Assembly: GCA_029953675.1 (NCBI GenBank)
Contig: JAMWBK010000009.1
Span: 496,001 to 560,000 of the forward strand
Source: Rhodosorus marinus CCMP1338
Lineage: Eukaryota; Plantae; Rhodophyta
Length of the DNA: 64,000 bases
Direction of reading: 5' to 3'
Position numbers and translations under genes: made by a program
Notes under the pieces: model-generated
Databases searched by the model: none
The model's input: the letters and a program-made list of their open reading frames with translations, nothing else
Told to the model about the DNA's origin: nothing
In this document: piece by piece, positions 37,580-47,796 of the stretch
Layout: every line of letters begins with the position of its first letter
Position numbering within the stretch: the first letter of the stretch is position 1

Positions 37580-39838
37580 CATGACACATGGTGACAAAAC
37601 AACTGGAGACAAATCTATACCCAGAGTACGAAAAAGAGTACAGATCAGGAATGACTGCAACACAAACTGCAGACAAATCAGAAGCATAAATAGGATTGAT
37701 CATGGGAAACTAGACTATAAATACGGACTCATTCGCATCCAGACCTGGATGAGAGAGAGAAAGGCATCGAAGATAAGAAAACATATAAGAAAAAATAAGG
37801 AATCGAAAAGTGTTTAGGATCAAAGACACCCGTTAACTACGAAGCTGTCGTTTTGGTCTCATCGCATGATGGTAAACCTGAACCCGAATGTCTTCACTAA
37901 TAAAAATCCAGGCCCCGCAGCCGATCTACAAGTGACATCGGATAGGCACGCCGAGCGGGAACGTCTGCAAGGGGAGTTGAAGGAGTTTGAACAGCAAGGT
38001 TTCATATCCCGAAGTCAGAGTCCATTTGCGGCACCAGTACTTTATGCTGGGATGGGGGGCGGCGCCTCTGTATCGACTACCGGCGGTTGAATAGCGTCAC
38101 TACTAGGGAGAGGACAACGCCACCGCGGATGGGCGAGCTGATAGTACTCTGAGCACCGCCCGGGTGTTCACTACGTTAGACTTGAGGTTGGGTTACTGGC
38201 AGCTTCCCATTGATCCGCCATCGAGAGAGAGAGGACAGCCTTCGTTACGTGTTTTGGACAATATCAGTGGAACGTCGTGCCGTTTGGATTTAAAAAAATG
38301 CGCCATCAGCGTTCATTCACTATTTGACGGATGTGTTGTATGACCTCATCAACAAATGCGTGGTGTTATACGTTGATGATATCCTCATCTACTCGGCGAC
38401 TCAGGAGGATCACGAGAGGGATGTCCAACGGGTCTTACGACGACTGGAGCAGCATCGACTGGTCGTCAAATACTCGAAATGCCAGTTCGGAGTACGTGAA
38501 GTTTGCTACCTGGGTCAAATATTGGCGGGAGGCACTCGCCGCCCCGACCCAAGGAAGGTGGGGACTATTCAGCGTTGGAAGGCCCCAACAACTATTAAAG
38601 AATTACGGGCGTTCATGGGATTCGCAAACTTTCCACGACCGTTTGTCCCTCACTTTGCGTCAATCGCTGCACCGCTCCACCCCCTAACGAAGAAAAACAA
38701 GTACTGGTTATGGCATCATGACGAACAGAAAGCGTTCGATACATTGAAAAAGGCGTCAGACACCGCCTTGCTATATATGGCTGATCCCACACTTCCGTTT
38801 ATTATTCAAACGGATGCCAGCGACACAGGAGTTGGGGGTATCCTCTTCCAAAAACAAGGCGACCAGGAGGTTCCAGTGGCATACATGTCGCGATCGTTCA
38901 ATGCAACGGAACTTCGCTACAGCACGTACGAGAAGGAGTTATATGCCATCGTACTGGCAGTACGACAATGGTCAATCTACCTGGATGGGCAACATTTCAC
39001 CGTGCGCACGGATCACAACCCGTTGTCTACGGCGTATCACCCTGAAACGGATGGGCAAACAGAACGCGTCAACCAGACCCTCCAGACTATGCTGAGATGC
39101 TGTTGTACGAGCCACACTTGGGTACAGAGTTTACCCCTGCTTCAACTGGCGTATAATAATCATACTTCAGCGAGTACCGGGTATTCACCATATTTCTTGT
39201 TAACAGGAGGGCACCCGCGGCTCAATTTGGACACCTCAACCCCTACTACTACGATTCATAATCTGGCCGATGCTGCTACTGGTTTCTCGCAACGTCAACA
39301 ACGAATCCTTGCTGACGCACGTAAATCCATGGCCCTGGCGCAGGAGTTGTACACGGAACAGGCAAATTCACGACTTCATGCCAAAATCTTCAATACCCTA
39401 GACATTGTTTATTTGTCAACGTGGAATCTATCCCTGGACGGCCCAACACGCTTTCAACCTCGATGGTTGGGTCCCTTCCCCATTACCGCTAAACATTCCG
39501 ATGTGGTTTATACCCTGCAGTTACCAGATGAGATGCGGATCCATCCAACATTCCACGTCTCATTGTTGAAAAGTGTACCACCTGCTACCACGGCGCCGGT
39601 GGTACACAGTGTACCTATCCAGTCACACCTACCCTCGACACAACCTATCCTCTCGATCTTAAACATGCGGAATACCGATGAGGAGCTTCGGGAATTCCTA
39701 TGCTACCGCGAACAGGAATGCTGGACCGATGCGACCTGGATCGCTGAACCGGACTACCCAACCGATCTCCAATCTCGGCGCCGACTCCGCCATTACCTCA
39801 ACTATCGGAAAGTACTCGATGCTCTGCCTGACGGCTGA
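37580..39838 (+). mobile_element. Degenerate Ty3/Gypsy element of a related family (element 3): LTR-like segment, PBS, RT-RNase H-truncated integrase-chromodomain; left boundary approximate
   Basis: CTATAAATACGGA at 37715 and a diverged LTR-end homolog at ~37810-37850; PBS at 37854; frameshifted RT N-terminus; ORF 38324-39838 with YVDD, TDASD and TDHNPL joined directly to STAYHPETDGQTER. Confidence 0.85.
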
Positions 39839-39922
39839 AGTTGAACACTTCAGTTTGTACCCAAACTCTGCGGGAGGAATGTGGGAACTCCCCGGACAGA
39901 CTGTATTGCTGGTAGTTGTTTC

Positions 39923-41173
39923 TGTTACGTCCTAACCGAACAAGTCAGCCGTCAGGTGTTTGGCCCAAAACAAGGCTAATAATAGATCAGTCTAAATCTA
40001 GTAATAGTACTCTAGCAAACCCAAGACATGAACCGCAAGCCTATAAATACGGAAGTTATGACCTTCCGTCTTAGGATTAGAGCTAGAGGAGAGTATGCAA
40101 GATAGATAAAAGACAACAAAAAGGGAATTTAAAACTATTTTGGATCACCGACACGCGTTAATGGAGAACGTGTCAAGTGGTCTCATCGCAAGAGTTACGA
40201 TTGAGGAACAAGAATGAGCCCAGAACCAGAAAACCTGAAAAACCAGAAAACCAGAAAACCAGAAAACCTGAGAACCTGAAGAACCTGGAAACCTGAAACC
40301 TGAACCCGAATGTCGTCGCTCATTAAGATCCAGGCCCCACAACCGAAAGCCTACGACGGGCGACGTGACGCCTTAATCATAAGTACGTTCTTGAATCACT
40401 TAAGAACGTACTTCAAACTGGCGCGACTACCCGACGACGATGACGACTACCGAATCACCTTGGCAGAAGGCTATCTCACGGGTGACGCCTCCTACTGGTG
40501 GTCACTACTTCCCAACCACCAGAGGCCAACGACATACGAAGGGTTCGAACAAACGCTCAAAGCCCAGTTCTACCCGGCGGACGCCAAGATCCGTGCGAAA
40601 CAGCAACTCGCACAGGCGCAGCAGAGAACGACTGTCTCAGCATATTCGGCATACTTCAATAAATGCCTGATCCAGGTCGGAGAAATCTATCGAACTTTCT
40701 CCGAGAAATCTATCGAACTTCTCCGAGTCCGAGATTTCTCCGACCTGGATCAGGCATTTATTGAAGTATGCCGAATATGCTGAGACAGTCGTTCTCTGCT
40801 GCGCCTGTGCGAGTTGCTGTTTCGCACGGATCTTGGCGTCCGCCGGGTAGAACTGGGCTTTGAGCGTTTGTTCGAACCCTTCGTATGTCGTTGGCCTCTG
40901 GTGGTTGGGAAGTAGTGACCACCAGTAGGAGGCGTCACCCGTGAGATAGCCTTCTGCCAAGGTGATTCGGTAGTCGTCATCGTCGTCTTTCTTTTATCTA
41001 TCTTGGATACCCTTCTCTAGCTCTAATCCTAAGACGGAAGGTCGTAACTTCCGTATTTATAGGCTTCCGGTTCATGTCCTGGGTTTGCTAGAGTACTATT
41101 ATTAGATCTAGACTTATCTATTATTAGCCTTGTTTGGGCTACACTCCCTGACTTGTTCGGTCAGGACGTGACA
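39923..41173. mobile_element. Palindromic (fold-back) derivative of the element-1 LTR family (element 2): LTR>PBS>gag fragment><gag fragment<partial LTR
   Basis: Full LTR 39923-40175 on +, PBS at 40178, gag from 40310, 256-bp perfect inverted arms 40433-40688 and 40732-40987, partial LTR 40988-41173 on -, direct GTTTC at 39918-39922 and 41174-41178. Confidence 0.9.
40310..40688 (+). pseudogene. Ty3/Gypsy gag N-terminal fragment
   Basis: PQPKAYDGRRD...GYLTGDASYWW...TYEGFEQTLKAQF...LAQAQQRTTVSAYSAYF, a retrotransposon gag pattern, truncated at the fold-back. Confidence 0.85.
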
Positions 41174-42454
41174 GTTTCACAATACTTTCATAGTACTTTC
41201 ATTCCCTATTTTTAGATTAAAAAAAAATTTTAGGTTGACGTTTAGCCTCCAACAATTCCTTTTAGGTTGCATCAGGTTATAGTTTACAGGAACCACAAGA
41301 CTGTATAAGACCTAGCTTTGCTAGATCTTGAGACCTAGAATTGAGCAAAGACACGTTGGTTGCAGTAGTTCTAACAGAGATGTCACATAAATCACAGCTG
41401 TCCTTCGTGTAGACAGGCTGTCCCAACTGGCTGGATCGTTGGTGGGGGGAACCTATTTGCAACTGTGCTGCGTCATGTCGGATGCGGTCAAGATCACCAT
41501 AGATCGGTACGCAAAGTGCATTAGTACGAACAGATTCAATCCCCCCGCAACGATTGAGGTTGCGTGACTGCCTGTTCTTGTCTTCGCATCTGATTAGTAC
41601 GGACGGTCCAGGCGGTCATTTGCCGTTGCCGGTAGTTGAAGAGAATGTGGAATTGGCGAATATCAAAGAAGCCTCATAGGGAACGCACTCGAGAGAATGA
41701 TCCATCATGACCGTGATTCCATTCCAACCGGTTGTTGTGGTGGTTAGGCCCACTATGGAGTCGATCGATTTCTTCTGGTTGGGGAGCGGCGCAGCTTGGG
41801 CAGGAAAATCCGATGGCACAATCCCTCTGTTGACCATAAGCTCTTTGTTCTTGTTAGAACATAATGGAATTGCGTAAGTGTTGCTCGACATCAGGTGTCA
41901 GCATAGGAGAGGTATGAATTTTTGGCCATGAGTTCTAGCTGTATAGAGGTTTTTGGCTGCCTGCGCACTAGCCTGTACAATCTATCTTGGTGAACGACTA
42001 CCGATGGATTCGATAGGGCAACAATGAGCATTTTTTGCTTGCAGGTGTTTCTCATAAATTTGCCTTCACCGAGAAACTTTGACACAGTTATTGCCATAGG
42101 CTTCGCCGTGATAGGGAGGTTTGTCGCTCATTTGAGACTCTATTGGTGGTCCGCGGTTAAACCCTGAGTGGGCGGAGGGCAAGGATCCGGCATTCACCGA
42201 AGTCTATACTATGCACCGCGACGCTCACGCAGTCTAGAACGCCTGAAGTTCAGGAATAATCTACGCTTTTGAACTAGTACATGCTAGAGCCCAGTGCATG
42301 CGGCAGCGGAGCCGCGCCAGAACCGTCGGCATGGCGCGGCAAGAGGTACACGAGGACTTTCATGAACATAACAAGGAAGCGGGATACAGTCATGTTCACA
42401 GAATCAGGTTAATTGTTCTTTCATATTTACTTTCCGAGTGGCCGCATCAAATAA

Positions 42455-43040
42455 TTACTCCGCCCCTTCCTCGTCCTGGTCATCTTCCGAAATGTTATAG
42501 TACCGCAGCTCATACTCGTTCTTACCAGTTGCTACTACTCTACACCAATCTCTCAGCGCCTGCTTCTTGAGATACTTCTTCGTAAGATATTTCAAGTATC
42601 TCTTTGAGAATGGAGAGTCCGCAACAACGATAATCTTGTTGTCTTCTCGCTCGATAATCACCGCATCACCAAGCTGCCCTACTTTACCGTTAATCTTTAT
42701 CCTATCGTGCAGGAACTTTTCCTGAACACAGGGGAAGCAAGACATGACCCATGCACATCACTCAGATAAACTGGCGCTGAAGATGCCTTGATCTAACTTC
42801 GACAAACTTACCAAAGACGCAGGCTCCATGAGCTCGTCGCCGACTGGTTCGGTACAGTCGATCGAGAACTTCAACTGCACCTTCTTCCCCTTGGAACCCT
42901 TCTATAAAACATCACGAACACCGAAACAACAGATCGTCAGAACCAGGCCCAAAAATCCACAAGAAAATTTCCCCCAAGAAACCAAGTCAACTCCAGACAA
43001 GGACAAGCCAAAGCTTTCGACACGCCCCACTTACCTTCAT
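42455..43040 (-). CDS. RPL22: 60S ribosomal protein L22e, 3 exons
   Basis: ATG AAG then GTAAGT at 43040-43029; [10 protein letters not shown]; [13 protein letters not shown]; [16 protein letters not shown]...LRDWCRVVA...YELRYYNI. Confidence 0.95.
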
Positions 43041-43921
43041 TACGCGCGACATCCTTCAAGATTCTAAAAACCTGAGAAATAGAAACACCCTGCTTTCCTT
43101 TTTCCCTAAGAAGCCGCCCTCTCTCTTCCCACAACCCCCCGTTCCTGTCTCTACCCACTTCTACTTGCCTCGCAAAATGAAACAACTAGGCAAACAAACC
43201 ATCCCGCCCATCATTTCCATCAAAATTCGTCCCCTAATCCTAACAAAATAGAAAACTTAAAACTTTTGCAGCGGTCCGTCGTCGTCGTCGGGAAAACCAA
43301 ACCCAACACGGGACCCAACCTGCTAATCTAAAAAAACGAAAATAAAATTGGGAGACACGCGTCTATGTTCAATTAGTTTCTTATTACACGTGTATAGTCT
43401 CTGGTCGACAATATAGGACACGTTCTATAATATAAATGGTTAAAAAAATCAGAAGCGAGACTTCATTGGTGTATAGTATAATGTATTTCAATCAAAAAAT
43501 AGCTACCCCCAGAATTTGATCTCTTTCAGCTTTGTGAACATGCAATCGGTAGCTTGCACGTGTCTTTAGTTGATTGTATCAATCAATATGAGATTTTCTT
43601 TTTTCTTCCAGAAATGCGCGGATCGCCTGGCCAGCTCGACCGGCCTGGCTCGATCCGCCTGGCAGTGATTGCGACTGTACTTAGAAGCAGACTCTGAGGC
43701 TTTCTGATCCTATTCTCATCAATCTTGGCACGTTTATATCATGTGAGGATTTTTTGTTGGCGACTATTGCGTCCACTGAGAAATTCCTTCCTTCTCCCGA
43801 GGCCTTGTCATCTTGGTAGATTAGGGTTTTGCTGGTGCTCTGGGGTTGACGGTCCGGGGATCGGGGCGTGGAGGCAAGCTTGGAGCGGTATTGTGGATGC
43901 GGACATATGTCTCAGGGTAGA

Positions 43922-44707
43922 ATGGGATTCGTTGGATCGCTCAGCTACGGAAGGGGTACGCTACTTACGAAAAGTCAGTGCTGTGGCCGTTTTGGTCGTC
44001 GTCCAGCCATAGCCCGCCGCAATCTGGTGGTGGTTTGTCAGAGTGCTAGCGCAGTAGAGCAACCAGCTCTGGCCAATCTGAAGCTCTTCGAGTACATCGA
44101 CGAGAGCGGGATTATACCGTATCCGGAGGAGGAGCTCGGGAAAGTAGGAGTTTATGCTGTATATGATCAGGACAAAACCCCCGTGTACTTGGGAAAGTCC
44201 AGGGACGTTGGGAACAGCTTGAGAATGCACCTCGCGAGGATGCCGGACCACTGCTACTTCTTTAAGGTAAGGTATCCGTTTGCACCTGCAGACTGTACAA
44301 GATGTGAATTTTCGCTCAGGCCGAAGCCCGATTTCGAGCCAAAACAGGTATACAACTTTGCAAGGCCTAGTCGAACACTGTTCGATGATATGATCAATGC
44401 TTGGACCGAAGAGCTAGGAAGCTCACCTCCGGGTAACGCAGATCCAGAGCTAAAGCGGCGATGGGAAAATGCAATCGATATCAGAGATTATGAGTTTACC
44501 GATGAGGAAGCCAAAGAGCTTGAGGCTGTGAACCCGGGAAGCGAGGCGAGGATCTACAAGAAAATCTGTCGGAGAATACAGAAGGACGTAGAGGCGAAAC
44601 TTGCCGACAGAAAATTGACGGAAAGGATGTCCTTCGACCCCAAATTGAAGGACAAAGGCCTCCTGGACATCCAGAGCAAGAAAATGTCTACGCCGGAAAG
44701 TCTTTGA
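43922..44707 (+). CDS. Plastid-targeted GIY-YIG-like protein (cyanobacterial / GRXS16 N-terminal type)
   Basis: MGFV transit-peptide start; GVYAVYDQDKTPVYLGKSRDVGNSLRMH; probable in-frame 81-nt intron 44267-44347. Confidence 0.75.
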   Translation: MGFVGSLSYGRGTLLTKSQCCGRFGRRPAIARRNLVVVCQSASAVEQPALANLKLFEYIDESGIIPYPEEELGKVGVYAVYDQDKTPVYLGKSRDVGNSLRMHLARMPDHCYFFKVRYPFAPADCTRCEFSLRPKPDFEPKQVYNFARPSRTLFDDMINAWTEELGSSPPGNADPELKRRWENAIDIRDYEFTDEEAKELEAVNPGSEARIYKKICRRIQKDVEAKLADRKLTERMSFDPKLKDKGLLDIQSKKMSTPESL

Positions 44708-45540
44708 GTCCTTTTTGGCTCTCAAACAGGCCGGTAGTCAAAAGAATTCCATTCTGGCTCCTTCAATCTTTTCATGAGCTGCTCCTCACACGGCGCGGTG
44801 TCCCCGTTGACATCATCAACGGCATTTTTGGGTGCTCACTTTCTTGAACTGATCTCCGCGTCTGGGCCTTTATTGGATGACGCTCAACGTGGGTCCTTGA
44901 TCCGAGGCAGAATGAAATGCCAGATTTGCGCTTTTTGAGTGCCTGTCGTTGCTTTCTGCTCCATAAAAAGCAAGTTTTTCTAGTGCTCACTGGCCTGTCC
45001 TGGAGTTCCTACTTTCTAATACTGGGCACTCTTCGAGTAGTTTGACACTTCACGTATAGCCCACCGCCTGTGTATGCGCTGAGCACCCAACTGAGGGCAC
45101 TTCAGAAATGCCGACAGTATCAAACGAGACCATCATCAACAGTATACCATGATCCTCTTCTTCCACAGGTCCTCCTCTCCGAGATTCTACGGTAGTCCTT
45201 TGAGTGCTCCTCTAAGGAAACCAGAAACCATAGCAGACTCCTCTGTCGCCATGGCGCTCCCGTCGGTGTCACTGAGACATCCGTGAAGGGAATTCTACTG
45301 CCTTGATGGACCAATGCTTCGATGTCTTCAAGCTCCATGCGGAGATTACTGCTCAACCTAGAGGACAGTTTGGAAGGTAGAGTACTTCCCAACGCTTTGG
45401 TACGTCTCGATTCAACTGAGCCTTCGCGTTGGGAATGGAAATGCGACCTGCCACTGTCTGAGTGTTGTGATCTCGGAGGGCCGTTGGCGAAGCAGCGCAT
45501 ACTCCACGAAAACGAAAACTATCCGGTGAAGGCGATGTAA

Positions 45541-47796
45541 ATGTCTGAAAGTGACGACGTTGAGCAGCGGCTTGCCGAGCTTGACCTTAGCTGCCTGGAT
45601 GATCTTGGTGACGGATACCTCCGGACGGATTTCGGGCCTCACGTTGAAGCGCTGAGGATTCTTAGGAACAGTGATCGTGAATCTCAAATCAAGCAGCTCA
45701 AGGAAAGCAAGCGTCTGCTCGAGAGAGTTGTTGATCAGATTGCACCTCTTTGCGTGGAGACCTTCTCGGATGCCCTCGTCACCCTGTCCTCGGTGGGCAG
45801 AAGCGTTGAACAGATTAAGGGGCAAAACTGGAGCCCCTTAAGTGGTGAAAGGATTAGCGAGGCCGCGGACCATAGAAATGAAGATCTCGAGTCATCGTAC
45901 TACGAGCTTGTCAAAGCCACAGAGAGTCTCCGAATCCTTGACCTTACTGAGGAGTTCATGTGGATGCGGAAAGATGCGCAATCGGAACTAGTTCACGGTA
46001 ATCTTGCAGAAGGCGCAGCACTGTTGTCGAGAGCCGCTGAGATCTTAGCCAGGCCCCCGCTTAATGCGATTCAGGCGCTACGAGAGGAGCGGGAAGGCCT
46101 GGTGAACCAGCTCCGGGAGACTTTTGTCAACTGCGTGGGGCTTCTAGTATCTCGCCTGTCTGCAGCGGAGCGCTCCGGTGATGTCCGGGACGAGCCTACT
46201 TGGAAAGCCATACCGACGTTAGTCAATTCTTTGAAAACCCTCGAACAGGAGCGGGATATCGATACAGAAATCAAGCGCAGTCTTGTCACAGCTTTGTACG
46301 CAATGACATGGAAATATGTTCTCCTTGAAACAACCAACAAAGACAACTCTTCCATGATCAGCGCCTTGCATCAGACGACGGAGACAGCAGAGGATATCCG
46401 CGCCGGTGCTCTGCAGAGCATACTCCCTCAGGCCAGTGCGAGCACTTGTGAGAGGATCCTGGGCACAGTCTTTTGTCATATGACTAGTTTTCTGAGGCAT
46501 TCCTCCGACGTGGTTTCAGTGGTGAGCTAGAAATACATGAGCAACTTCTACCTTCAAAGTTCGCTGAAAACAACTCATGTTTCGTTGCATTTCAGCTCAC
46601 GCAAAGCTCTGCGAGAGAGTCAGAACTAGCTCTTACCAGCATTTGGGGCGCGGTTGAGGACATCCTTATGCAGTTGACGAAGGCGATGACTAGCCAAGAT
46701 GGCTGGGAGGGCAACACGTCACTGGCGCCCGTTCTTAGGGAGCCGCCGACGCTCTCACCGAACACAGAGCGCCTTTTCGCTCTGGTTCCTATTGTGAGAT
46801 CAGGTTTCCTTGAATTTTTCGACAGCGTGGACCGGGTCATGGCCTCCAGGAATGTTCTAAGGACCTTTCTAGATGACGTAGTAGAGACCAACCTGGTGCG
46901 AGAGATAGGACAGACCCTAGATAGGTTTCTCTTGTACTTGGACATTCCTCAAGGTCGGCTCAGCTTGATGGAACGTGAGGACGGGTCAGGTGACAGGCGT
47001 TCACAGATCGCGTTGTTCTATCAGCTTCAGGTTTTTCTTGACATGGTATGAATCCGCTGTAACCTCATCATCCATGACGTGTGCCGCTGTACCCCCGAAC
47101 ACCGTCGCTTCTCTCCATTTCTATGCAGTTTGAGTTCCAAAAAATGAGCAAAATGCGGCAGTTTCAGTACTAGTCGAAAGTGACCGCCAGTGATAAGTAT
47201 CTGAACTCTCTCGTGTGAACTTGTCCTGTTCCTAGGCTATGAAGTCGCTGCAATCCTGTGAATATTCTGATGTGTTTTTCTTCGACGAATTTCTCGAAGC
47301 GTTCAGTGAGCGCTGGTCCAATCTTGTACAAATGGTCGAATCTTGGACCTACGCTAGTTATCTTCGCGCTGAAGTTGGCCCAGTGAGGGACACCCCACAA
47401 ACAGCAGATTCGTCCGTTGAGGCTGTAATGCAGTCTGTCATCGGGTCAGAACTTTTCGGACGTCTTCGGGACCTGTGCGAAAGCGTTGACCTCGCAGCGC
47501 TGTTCTTCATGAGCGATGAGCAGAGGGATTTTGCCTCCAGATTGAGCTCTGCGTTTGCCTCTCTATCCGCTACTCTCAGTGCCGGTTGTACGTGGCTACG
47601 CCAACAGCATTCGCAGAGCACTGCTGTTCCAACGACAGAGGGGGATGCAAGTAGTGCTGAGAGTTTCCAGAGCTGGCGTAGGCTGAAGAAACATCAGGAC
47701 GAACTAGCAAAGGTGGCTGCTGATACATCGGCTTTGGTACATCTCGATGCGTTGATAGCTCTCTATGTCAAATCGCCATCATCGCTGTCTGAGTAG
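45541..47796 (+). CDS. Exocyst subunit Sec8/EXOC4-like helical-rod protein, 3 exons
   Basis: N-terminal F.PH.EAL.IL...L...KRLLERVVDQI...FSDAL.TLSSV resembles the Sec8 N-terminus. ORFs 45541-46530, 46668-47051 and 47239-47796 are separated by GT-AG introns. Confidence 0.5.

Noticed and set aside
37580-40175. LTR 39923-40175 as the 3' LTR of element 3
   Set aside because: It is far more similar to the element-1 LTRs than to the 37.6-37.85 kb LTR, is followed by PBS and gag, and is bracketed by its own GTTTC repeat.
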